Positions 1 to 8,734 of a DNA stretch of 64,000 nt are shown piece after piece (the first letter of the stretch is position 1; each line of letters opens with the position of its first letter). The notes below the pieces were generated by a model. It made no database searches. It was not told where the DNA came from and was given only the letters and a program-made list of their open reading frames with translations. The position numbers and the translations under genes are program-made. The stretch comes from Bacteroidota bacterium. Lineage in GTDB: Bacteria > Bacteroidota > Ignavibacteria > UBA10030 > UBA8401. Where the stretch lies: assembly GCA_041658205.1 (NCBI GenBank), contig JBBAAO010000001.1, forward strand, positions 1,223,131 to 1,287,130. The letters are read 5' to 3'.

Positions 1-436
1 ACTCGAAAATGATACGGCATTAGTGAGCGAATATTACAAGGATTCGCTGGTTAATCGGGCGCGCAAAGACAGTTTTGTTGTCCGTGCAGATGCGATTATC
101 TTACAAGAGGCAACACTTGTGGTAGGAGTTGAATATGAAGTACTACCGGATGTTCCGAACACATATTCATTAAGTCAAAATTACCCAAATCCATTCAACC
201 CGACAACCAAAATTCAGTTTGGAGTGCCGATGACTGGTAATGTTGAATTGAGAATTTATGATGTTCTTGGCAGAGAGGTTCGCCGTTTGGTGAATGAACA
301 ATATGATGCGGGAATGTACTCTGTTCAATGGGATGGGAAAAACAGTCTTGGGAAACAAGTTTCCACAGGAATGTATATCTATCAAATCCGTGCAGGACAA
401 TTTGTCCAAACAAAAAAAATGTTGCTCTTGAAATAG
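1..436 (+). CDS. 3' fragment of a secreted protein with a T9SS C-terminal sorting domain (5' end lies outside the window)
   Basis: The frame is open from nt 2 to the stop at 434-436. The tail 'LSQNYPNPFNPTTKIQF...YDVLGREV...GMYIYQIRAGQFVQTKKMLLLK' fits the Por_Secre_tail pattern. A hairpin terminator follows. Confidence 0.8.
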   Translation, partial: LENDTALVSEYYKDSLVNRARKDSFVVRADAIILQEATLVVGVEYEVLPDVPNTYSLSQNYPNPFNPTTKIQFGVPMTGNVELRIYDVLGREVRRLVNEQYDAGMYSVQWDGKNSLGKQVSTGMYIYQIRAGQFVQTKKMLLLK

Positions 437-455
437 TATCAAGTTTTTAATGAAA

Positions 456-505
456 AGTAGTCAGTAGTCGCAACGGATGATGGACTATTGACTACTTTTT
501 GTTTT
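456..505 (+). terminator. Rho-independent terminator
   Basis: A 14-bp stem pairs AGTAGTCAGTAGTC (456-469) with GACTATTGACTACT (483-496), with one G-U pair. A T-run follows. Confidence 0.65.
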
Positions 506-518
506 CTATGGCGGACGA

Positions 519-3500
519 ATGTCATTTCAAGTAATCATTTCAATTTTAATTGCTGTCGGTAGTCTTGCGTATTTTATTCCAACGCCTCAGGAATTACGCG
601 ATTCGTTTGTTGCGGGGCAGAATTATTTTGCCGCACGAAACTACCCGAAAGCAATCGAACAGTATGAAAAAGTGCTTGCGACAGAGAGTGATTTACTCTC
701 CGCTGATAGTGTTCGCGTAACATTATTGAATGGTGAATTAAATGTTGGTGTCCGTTCAGCTTCGTTATACCAAAAAGCCAATTCGTACCGCACCATGGGA
801 ATGATCGATTCTGCAATTGCAACATTTCGTATTGCAGTCAATCGGACCGATTCCCCAAAACTTCCTGTGTTATCGCGTTATCAAATCTATGATCTCTTTT
901 TTCAAAAAAAGGAGTACGACAGTGCAATTACTGCTGCCCGTGATTTAATCCGACAGCATCCGTTCGATGAGAAGGTCGAACAAGCACATTATGATATCGG
1001 ATGGGCATTTCGTTTTTTGTTACACTATGACAGTTCATCGGCATCTTTTCAGCATCTCATTGATACCTATTCGGAAAGCACATTTCGCGTCAGAGCGATG
1101 TATCAGATTGGACAGAACGCTCTTGATGCTAACAAGCTGAATGATGCCATTATTGCCTTCTCAATTCTGGTCAACCAGTATAAACCAGAATCATTTTCTC
1201 GGACCGATTTTCAAAATATGGAGCTTCGAGCAAATCGCGAACGCCAGATTTTTGATGCTGCGTCGAATCGTGAAGAAGATAATATGAATCTTGAGCTGGT
1301 GTCAAAAGGAGAGTTCAAAATAGCGGAAGCATATGAACGTCTCAATACGATTGATTCTGCCGTCGCCAGATATCGGTATATCATTCGGACATATACGCTT
1401 CTTCCAACGTTGATTGAGATTTCCTATATCCGTTGGGCAGAGTTAATGTTGAAAGTACGTGGATTAGACCAAGCAATGTTAGTATATCAAGGTGCAATTG
1501 ACGAAAATTTTCAAAATAAAGTATTTCAAGCTCGGATGCAGTACAAAATCGCAAGAACGCTTCAGGATCAAAAAGAATTTGAACGTTCAGCGAGGGCCTA
1601 TGATTTTTTTGTCAAAGCATATCAAGAGTTTGCTGATCTGGCAGAATTTTCACTGGAAAATGCCCGATTTTTTTCCGTGTTAAATTATAATGCGGCAAAA
1701 AATTACCAAAGTGTTATTGTTTCATCGGATTCATTTTTAACCAATCATGCCGGAAGTGAATTTTCGGCAAAAGCACTAATTCTCCGCGGCAATGCCTTCT
1801 TAAGTCTGCGGAAATTTAACAATGCCCGCGAATCATTTCGTACCGTTTCCGATACATATCCCTCTGCGGAGGAAGCACCGCATGCACGAATGCAGTTCGC
1901 AAAAACGTACTATGATGAAAAACGTTATCCGGATGCTATTGCTGAATACAAAATACTTTCCGGTTCAATCAGTGTGGAACAGCTTCGAAGTGAAATTCAA
2001 TATTATTTAGGCATGGCTCAATTTTATGTTGGACAAGTGGATAGCGCTGTTATCTCATTGCAACAAGTGCGTCCGACTTCTCAGTTCTATCCATTTGCCT
2101 TCGGCCGCATTACAAAAATTTATGTTTCGCTAAATAAATTTGTTGAAGGCGAGGAATTTATTTCGAGAATTATTAGTGAGCTTCCTGATTCCTCACAATT
2201 CAAACCGTATGCTCATCTAACGTTCGGTGAATTGCTAGCCGCTTCCGGCAAATTTGATAAGGCTGTCGAAGAAATGGCCATTGTGCTCAGTGATACTTCT
2301 GTGGTGGAAAATGCACGGCTCCAAGCAAGGTTTGCCCGCGGTGCGTTGTTTCAACAAACAAAAAAATATACTGAAGCGATTGAAGATTTGGAATATTGTC
2401 TGAAACAATCGGCATTTGCTGAAAACTTTCCTGCCTCAGTTCCATCCGCCAATGAAAAACTTGCCTTATCGTATCTTGGAATAGGAAAGAAAAAAGAAGC
2501 CATCGAAAAAATTGAAACACTGTTAAAGCAAGTAACAACGCAGTCATTACGGGTAAAATACCTTTCATCATTAACAGAATTATTTGTTCAAGTGAATGAT
2601 TATCAAAATGTTGTTGAATATGGTAATCAGGTTATCCATGCGGATAGTGCTGATGATAATTCACGCGCAAAAGCATTTGCAGCACTCTCGAATGCATATG
2701 GTAATCTTGGCAATCTCGACAAAGTTGTGGAAACAATGCACGAAGCAGCCGATACGCTTACTTCTCATCCATACATCAAAGACATCCTATGGCAAACGGC
2801 AGATCTGATGTTTGAAGGAGAAGGATTCCAACATGCAGAAAAATTATATGCCATCTATCTCGAAAAATTTCCATTGGATCCAAAAAGTGAAGATGCTTTA
2901 TATAATAGATCAATCAGTTTGGTGAACATTGGTAAAGTTGACGAAGGCGTTGCACTCAAGAGACGGTATATCCGTGATTATCCAACCAATTCCCGAATTG
3001 CCCAAACGCAATACGAAATAGCTGAGACATATTATAATGCCGAACGGTTTGATCTTGCGGCACAGGAGTATGCTCATACGGCAAAAGATTATCCACAATC
3101 AGAATATGCTGTGACCGCAGCATATAACAAAGCATGGTGCTATTATCGGATGGGTGATACATTGAAGATGGTTGAAGAATTGAATCGGTTTGTCCGGACA
3201 TTCCCGAACAGCACTCAAGCGCCCGATGCCCAATTTAGTATTGCGGATTTTTATTATAACAATAAAGAATACGAAAAAGCCAAGAAAGCATATCAAACGA
3301 TCGTAGATAAGTATCCGGCGTACACAAGAATTGAGGAGGCAAAAGGACTTGTGCATGAGTTGGATCAGATCAATTCATTCCAGGAATACGCCAGAGCAAT
3401 GATCTATTTTGACAATCAGGATTTTAAGCGTGCGATACCAATGTTGGAAGAGGTAATTAAAAAATATCCTGATGCGGATGTGCGATATGCCAGTGAAGCA

Positions 3501-3659
3501 AATATTGCCTCGGCTTATTCTGAACTGGGCGATAAGAAAAAAGCATTGGAGATATTCAATAAGATTATAGAAAAATATTCCGGAACGGCTCAGGCGCAGA
3601 TGATCGTATTCTTTGCTGAACAACATAAACGGTGGCTGGAATCAAAACAGAATCAATGA
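519..3659 (+). CDS. Large tetratricopeptide-repeat (TPR) protein with an N-terminal membrane anchor or signal
   Basis: Uninterrupted 1046-aa ORF with a hydrophobic N-terminus. It has many TPR-like units (repeated 'Y..A...Y....Y..A...F' spacing, e.g. 'NYPKAIEQYEKVL', 'EYEKAKKAYQTIVDKYP'). Its stop overlaps the next start (ATGA at 3656-3659). Confidence 0.75.
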   Translation: MSFQVIISILIAVGSLAYFIPTPQELRDSFVAGQNYFAARNYPKAIEQYEKVLATESDLLSADSVRVTLLNGELNVGVRSASLYQKANSYRTMGMIDSAIATFRIAVNRTDSPKLPVLSRYQIYDLFFQKKEYDSAITAARDLIRQHPFDEKVEQAHYDIGWAFRFLLHYDSSSASFQHLIDTYSESTFRVRAMYQIGQNALDANKLNDAIIAFSILVNQYKPESFSRTDFQNMELRANRERQIFDAASNREEDNMNLELVSKGEFKIAEAYERLNTIDSAVARYRYIIRTYTLLPTLIEISYIRWAELMLKVRGLDQAMLVYQGAIDENFQNKVFQARMQYKIARTLQDQKEFERSARAYDFFVKAYQEFADLAEFSLENARFFSVLNYNAAKNYQSVIVSSDSFLTNHAGSEFSAKALILRGNAFLSLRKFNNARESFRTVSDTYPSAEEAPHARMQFAKTYYDEKRYPDAIAEYKILSGSISVEQLRSEIQYYLGMAQFYVGQVDSAVISLQQVRPTSQFYPFAFGRITKIYVSLNKFVEGEEFISRIISELPDSSQFKPYAHLTFGELLAASGKFDKAVEEMAIVLSDTSVVENARLQARFARGALFQQTKKYTEAIEDLEYCLKQSAFAENFPASVPSANEKLALSYLGIGKKKEAIEKIETLLKQVTTQSLRVKYLSSLTELFVQVNDYQNVVEYGNQVIHADSADDNSRAKAFAALSNAYGNLGNLDKVVETMHEAADTLTSHPYIKDILWQTADLMFEGEGFQHAEKLYAIYLEKFPLDPKSEDALYNRSISLVNIGKVDEGVALKRRYIRDYPTNSRIAQTQYEIAETYYNAERFDLAAQEYAHTAKDYPQSEYAVTAAYNKAWCYYRMGDTLKMVEELNRFVRTFPNSTQAPDAQFSIADFYYNNKEYEKAKKAYQTIVDKYPAYTRIEEAKGLVHELDQINSFQEYARAMIYFDNQDFKRAIPMLEEVIKKYPDADVRYASEANIASAYSELGDKKKALEIFNKIIEKYSGTAQAQMIVFFAEQHKRWLESKQNQ

Positions 3660-5056
3660 CATTAGCTCAAAAATTACATTCGATTTCCAAATATGGATTT
3701 ATTGGGATCGGCGTATCCAGTGCATTGCATCTCCTTGTAGGGATTGTGATTCTAATTGTCGGAGGAGAAAAAGGGGAACGAATTGTGAGTGTTGAACTGC
3801 ATACATATGATATTGTGAAGCCTCCTGTGAAATTTGAAGCGCAACCTCCCCGTTTTGTAAAATCATTCGACTTGGCAAAAGATGTTGACTATACTCCGCA
3901 AACGTCTGCTCGACAAATTGTTTTTGCACGAGCTGATGCTCCTGCCTCCAACGCTCCTGTCAATAATGCACCAGTCAGTGCTTCTTCGAGCGGCAGAGCA
4001 GGTGAAGGAAGTGTTTTTTTCGGTGCATTAACAGCTTCATCGGGTGCTTCAGATCTTGGATGGGGATTACCGGGAGGTGCAACAAGTTATGGAAGAAGTT
4101 TTGGAGTTGGTGGCGCTGGAGGTTGGGGAGCAGGACCGGGTGATGGAAAAGATTGGGGGCCGAATTTTGCAAACGATGTTGAAAATACAAGAAGCGGTGG
4201 TGGAGGAGGTCTTTCGGCAATGCGAGATAATCTTATTTCATCAGAAAATTATGAAGACCGGTTTGACGGTTTTATAGAGGTAAATCCGAAAAACAAAAAA
4301 GATATTCGAGGATTTCTTAATGTGTATCAGTTAGAGTATAATTCCACTAAATTAGAAAAATCTCCTGCAACGGGTTGGGATGTGGTAGATGGTCAGCCGT
4401 CGTGGAATTGTGTCCCGCAGGCGCTTCCGAATTTAGCGCAATATGCCAACGACAGCACAAAAATGAAAGTGACCATTCGGGGCACGATTCGTTTGGATTC
4501 GAAAGAACTTACGACAGTTCCTTTTCTCTATATGATGGGATTCCAGGCGGCAGTTCGATACACAAAAGAAGAGGCACGGAATATCGCAAAATATTTACGA
4601 AGCGGCGGATTTCTTTTTATCGATGACGGAATTGCATATCAATCCGGCGCGTTTAATATTACAGCAAGGCAAATGCTGAAAGATGCTCTTGGTTACGATG
4701 CAGTGTTCGAACGGGTTCCCAATTCTCATCCCATGTATACCGTGTGGGAAAAGTTTAATGGTCCTCCATCAGGAGAAGATATTCAACGATATGATAATCG
4801 AGTGCGAGAAGTCAAAGAAATATATCCATACTTGGAAGCTATTTTTCTCAACGGGAGAATGGCCGTATTAATTTCCAATCGCGGATATAACTTTGCCTGG
4901 GGATATTGGAAAATTCTTCCTGCTACCGCTGGCGGACCTTATGACAATACACGGCAATTGCAATTTGGATTGAACGTTGTCGTCTATGCGTTAACGCAAC
5001 GCGGCGGAATTGTTGACCAAAATAGGACAAAAATTGCATCAGAACAGAATCGCTAA
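3656..5056 (+). CDS. Membrane-anchored protein with a Gly/Ala/Pro-rich linker and a DUF4159-like C-terminal domain
   Basis: The ATG at 3656 overlaps the upstream TGA. There is an N-terminal TM helix (GFIGIGVSSALHLLVGIVILIV) and a low-complexity G-rich region. The C-terminus 'VPFLYMMGF...EEARNIAKYLRSGGFLFIDDG' resembles DUF4159 as I remember it. Confidence 0.55.
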   Translation: MTLAQKLHSISKYGFIGIGVSSALHLLVGIVILIVGGEKGERIVSVELHTYDIVKPPVKFEAQPPRFVKSFDLAKDVDYTPQTSARQIVFARADAPASNAPVNNAPVSASSSGRAGEGSVFFGALTASSGASDLGWGLPGGATSYGRSFGVGGAGGWGAGPGDGKDWGPNFANDVENTRSGGGGGLSAMRDNLISSENYEDRFDGFIEVNPKNKKDIRGFLNVYQLEYNSTKLEKSPATGWDVVDGQPSWNCVPQALPNLAQYANDSTKMKVTIRGTIRLDSKELTTVPFLYMMGFQAAVRYTKEEARNIAKYLRSGGFLFIDDGIAYQSGAFNITARQMLKDALGYDAVFERVPNSHPMYTVWEKFNGPPSGEDIQRYDNRVREVKEIYPYLEAIFLNGRMAVLISNRGYNFAWGYWKILPATAGGPYDNTRQLQFGLNVVVYALTQRGGIVDQNRTKIASEQNR

Positions 5057-5072
5057 TTATTGAGAGGGACGA

Positions 5073-7733
5073 ATGAAAGTAATTATACTTTTGTGCACAC
5101 TTATAATGTTGCCTTTATTGGCACAGAATAATTTGCAAATTGTACCTCATGAAGAAGAGAGGGAACTATATGATAAATTCTTTGACCAGGCAGGTGGTGA
5201 ATTTGGAGTCCCGGCTGACATTCTGAGAGGAATATCATTTGCGGAGACGCGCTGGACCCACATGAAATGGAGTGGTGAAGATAAGTTCTCTAATTGCACC
5301 GGAATGCCGCGTGTGTATGGTGTGATGGGTTTATGGGATAATGATTATTTCGGATACACTTTACGAGAGGCAGCTCAATTAATCGGTAAAACTCCCGAGG
5401 AACTTAAAGAAAGTCCGCTGCAAAATATTCGGGGAGCAGCGGCATTATTGAAAAAATATTATTCCGAACTTCCCGCACCAGTTGGAGTGGAGGAGGGATC
5501 GATTGAAAGCTGGCAGAATGCTGTTGCAAAGTTCAGCGGATTTCCTCAAACAGAACTTGCCGCAAAAAGAGGACTGGAAGTTTATTCTGTTTTATCATCG
5601 GGCTATCAACAAGATAGGATAGCAATACGAAAAAGAGAAATTAATCTCGAATCGATCCAAAATATTGTCCGCATTGCTGAATTGGAATCATCAACAGAAT
5701 CAAAAAGAATTCAATCTGATAATGCAATGAATACACCGGATTATCCTTTGGCAAAATGGAACGTTGCGTATTCCGGGAATTTTGGGACGCAATTGATTCA
5801 GCAAAAATTTGTTGTCGTGCACGATGTTGAAGGTTCTTATTTGGGATGCATTTCATGGTTTAAAAATACGACTGCTCAAGTGAGCGCTCATTATGTGTTG
5901 AATTCTCATCCTAATGGTGTCAATGCATCTACAAAAGGACCCAATAGTACACCCGATGCACCGGTTGGAGAAGTGACGCAGATGGTTGAAGAAAAATATC
6001 GCGCATGGCACGTAGGATGTTGGAATTCCTACATGATTGGTATTGAACACGAAGGATATGCTTCCGTCAGCGGATGGTACACGGCAGAATGTTATAACTC
6101 CTCCGCCAAGCTTGTCAAATATCTTTGCGATAAGTATAATATTCCCAAAGACCGAAATCACGTTATCGCACATAGTGAGCATCAAAATACAACGTGGCGA
6201 AACTGGGTAAATTCTACAGGTCAGGGATTTGATCCTACTTGTAATACTCACACTGATCCCGGACAATATTGGACATGGAGTAGTTTTATGAATCTTGTCA
6301 CAACAGCCGATACTGTTCGTCCGGTGATTACAAGTGCTCTTCCTCAATCTAACATTAATGCTTTTCCTGCGTATAAGGAAATTATTATAGAGTTTAATAC
6401 ACAAATGGATGTTACATCAACAAACGCTGCATTTTCCATTACGCCAATTGTTTCAGGAACATTTATATGGAACGCTGATAATACGCAATTGACGTACGAT
6501 CCAACGGCTTTGCTGCCATGGAATACAAATTTCACAATCAAAATTGATACGAGTGCAAAGAATATTGCCAAATCAAGAAATCTTGGAACGGCACCCTTTA
6601 CGACTTCTTTTACAACGGTTCCGACGGATACTGTTGGTCCTGCTGTTGTTACCACGTATCCGGTCAAAAATGAAAATGCTGTTTCTACATCAACAGACGT
6701 TATGATTAATTTAGACGAACCGGTACAGACAACATCACTTTCGACTACGGTAAAATTAGTGGATGAAAACAATGTAAATATCTCATTAGCAAATGCAAAA
6801 AATGAGACTATTCTCGATAAAGGGATTGTTTCATTTACTCCGTCGAATCTTAAACCAAATACAACATATACTCTGAAGTTGTTTAAGGGAATGAAAGATT
6901 TTTATGGGAATATTTCATCAACGGATGTTCTTATTCAATTTAAAACATCGCCTGAAATATTCACCCCTGGTATTGTCATCGATAATATGGATGGAAACAC
7001 AAAAGGATGGGAGCAACCATCCCAGTCTGCACGATCGAAAAATATTGATACGGCAAAAACAACTATTTCATTTGTCGCAGAAAAAATTAAAGCAGGGCCC
7101 GGAGCGATAAAACTATCCTATCAATTTACATCTCAGGACAGCGGAGAGATTGAATTGAAAGCGGGAGGATTTCCTCCGCTCGATTTTTATTCTACAGTCG
7201 GTTTATGGATTGCAGGTGACGCCAACAAAAACTCAGTAGAATTACATTTCTCTCCAAATGATCAGATCTTGAACATCGGTAATGTGTATTGGAAAGGATG
7301 GAAGTTTGTACAATTCCCATTATCATCCTTAACTGGTCAAAATAAAATATTAACATCAATCATCGTAAAACAAAACTCCGGATTTGTTACTGAAAGCAAG
7401 ATGTATTTTGATGAAATGCAGATTGACGCGACGATCAGTGGAATCAATAGAAATGATCGAGGAACACCCGGCACATACGCCCTTGATCAAAATTATCCAA
7501 ATCCGTTCAATCCTAATACAAATATTACATTTTCCATAGGCCAATCCGGATATGTTTCTTTGAAAGTATATGATCTGCTCGGAAGGGTAATTGTAACTCT
7601 ACTTGATGCAGTAACACCTTACGGTAATCATCAAGTGTCTTTTGAAGCATCCAAACTGCCAAGTGGTATTTATTATTACACATTACAGGCAGGAAGTTTT
7701 GTTCAAACACGGAAAATGATTTTGCTGAAATAA
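5073..7733 (+). CDS. Secreted multidomain N-acetylmuramoyl-L-alanine amidase (Amidase_2/PGRP-type) with Ig-like domains and a T9SS C-terminal domain
   Basis: Signal peptide and a possible SLT-like 'GISFAETRW' near the N-terminus. Amidase_2 motifs are 'VVHDVEG...AHYVL...RAWHVG...IGIEHEG...HVIAHSEH'. Repeated SbsA-Ig-like segments follow, then the tail 'LDQNYPNPFNPNTNITF...'. Confidence 0.8.
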   Translation: MKVIILLCTLIMLPLLAQNNLQIVPHEEERELYDKFFDQAGGEFGVPADILRGISFAETRWTHMKWSGEDKFSNCTGMPRVYGVMGLWDNDYFGYTLREAAQLIGKTPEELKESPLQNIRGAAALLKKYYSELPAPVGVEEGSIESWQNAVAKFSGFPQTELAAKRGLEVYSVLSSGYQQDRIAIRKREINLESIQNIVRIAELESSTESKRIQSDNAMNTPDYPLAKWNVAYSGNFGTQLIQQKFVVVHDVEGSYLGCISWFKNTTAQVSAHYVLNSHPNGVNASTKGPNSTPDAPVGEVTQMVEEKYRAWHVGCWNSYMIGIEHEGYASVSGWYTAECYNSSAKLVKYLCDKYNIPKDRNHVIAHSEHQNTTWRNWVNSTGQGFDPTCNTHTDPGQYWTWSSFMNLVTTADTVRPVITSALPQSNINAFPAYKEIIIEFNTQMDVTSTNAAFSITPIVSGTFIWNADNTQLTYDPTALLPWNTNFTIKIDTSAKNIAKSRNLGTAPFTTSFTTVPTDTVGPAVVTTYPVKNENAVSTSTDVMINLDEPVQTTSLSTTVKLVDENNVNISLANAKNETILDKGIVSFTPSNLKPNTTYTLKLFKGMKDFYGNISSTDVLIQFKTSPEIFTPGIVIDNMDGNTKGWEQPSQSARSKNIDTAKTTISFVAEKIKAGPGAIKLSYQFTSQDSGEIELKAGGFPPLDFYSTVGLWIAGDANKNSVELHFSPNDQILNIGNVYWKGWKFVQFPLSSLTGQNKILTSIIVKQNSGFVTESKMYFDEMQIDATISGINRNDRGTPGTYALDQNYPNPFNPNTNITFSIGQSGYVSLKVYDLLGRVIVTLLDAVTPYGNHQVSFEASKLPSGIYYYTLQAGSFVQTRKMILLK

Positions 7734-7758
7734 CTCAAAACATTTTCAGCATTGTTAT

Positions 7759-7795
7759 GACCCCGGTACGTTGAACACTGTCCGGGGTCTTTTTA
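7759..7795 (+). terminator. Rho-independent terminator
   Basis: GACCCCGG (7759-7766) pairs with CCGGGGTC (7782-7789), followed by TTTTT. It overlaps the TTG start proposed by the ORF track at 7771. Confidence 0.7.
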
Positions 7796-7824
7796 TATTG
7801 CGACAATATATTGTTGAGGTAATT

Positions 7825-8733
7825 ATGAGTAAGATTTTATTGTTTCTAATTGGTAGTGTTTCATTTCTTATGGCACAAATAAAAATTATTTCTATAGAAA
7901 AGATATCGATTTCGGGATCTGAACAATGGATGCATGTTCAATTTGCCCCTTCCGGCAAAGAAATCTATTTAACCAATCAACAATACGATGGAATATGGCA
8001 GTATTCTTTTTCAACAAAATTATTAAAAGAGATTACGAGGGATAAAGGATCAGGATTTAATTTTGCTGTTTCAGATGACGGATTGACAATTGCATATCGT
8101 AGAACTACAAATGAAGGAGATCATCTTACCCGTGTACAAGAAGCGGTTGAAATGGATATCAAATCATTGCGTCACAGTGTGATTGAACGAGGAAATTCTG
8201 TCTCAACGCTGGTATTTTTGAAAGAAAACAAAGCCAAAACATCGGAAATGATTTCAAGAGAGTCAGGTATCATAGTAGATAATTCAACGACAAAAATTCT
8301 AGGAATTGAAAATACTAAGATCGTACTTTTCAAGAATGGCTTAAAAACAATCATTGATCCCTTACCAAATGGTCAATATATCTGGCCGGTACTTTCTCCA
8401 GATAAAACAAGACTCGTAGCAGTAGAAATGGATCAGGGAGCATTCATTTCCGATCTTGATGGAAAAAATATTGTACGTCTTGGCAAATGTAACTCGCCGC
8501 AATGGACTCGAGATGGGAAGTGGATTATTGGAATGGATGATAAAGATGACGGGCATTCCATTTATGCATCTGAAATCATCGCTATCTCAACTGACGGCCT
8601 TGTGCACATTCAATTGACCGAATCTTCAACGAGAAAAGAAATGTTTCCGGCAACATCTCCGATTGAAAATGTCATTCTGGCAACGACAGCTGAAGGCGAT
8701 CTCTACCTGCTAAAATATGAGGAGGGACAATAA
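7825..8733 (+). CDS. Exported PD40/WD40-like beta-propeller (TolB-like) protein
   Basis: The ATG at 7825 is preceded by GAGG. The N-terminus MSKILLFLIGSVSFLMAQ looks like a signal peptide. PD40-like motifs are 'WPVLSPDKTRLV' and 'SPQWTRDGKWII'. Confidence 0.6.
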   Translation: MSKILLFLIGSVSFLMAQIKIISIEKISISGSEQWMHVQFAPSGKEIYLTNQQYDGIWQYSFSTKLLKEITRDKGSGFNFAVSDDGLTIAYRRTTNEGDHLTRVQEAVEMDIKSLRHSVIERGNSVSTLVFLKENKAKTSEMISRESGIIVDNSTTKILGIENTKIVLFKNGLKTIIDPLPNGQYIWPVLSPDKTRLVAVEMDQGAFISDLDGKNIVRLGKCNSPQWTRDGKWIIGMDDKDDGHSIYASEIIAISTDGLVHIQLTESSTRKEMFPATSPIENVILATTAEGDLYLLKYEEGQ

Positions 8734-8734
8734 C

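Noticed and set aside
5853-6772. Two long minus-strand ORFs (183 and 142 aa) inside the amidase gene
   Set aside because: They are antisense to a well-supported multidomain CDS. They have no recognisable motifs, and their odd composition is rich in Cys, Ile and Arg.
7771-7824. TTG start at 7771 for the PD40 protein
   Set aside because: It falls inside the stem-loop and T-run of the upstream terminator (7759-7795). The ATG at 7825 has an SD and begins a plausible signal peptide.
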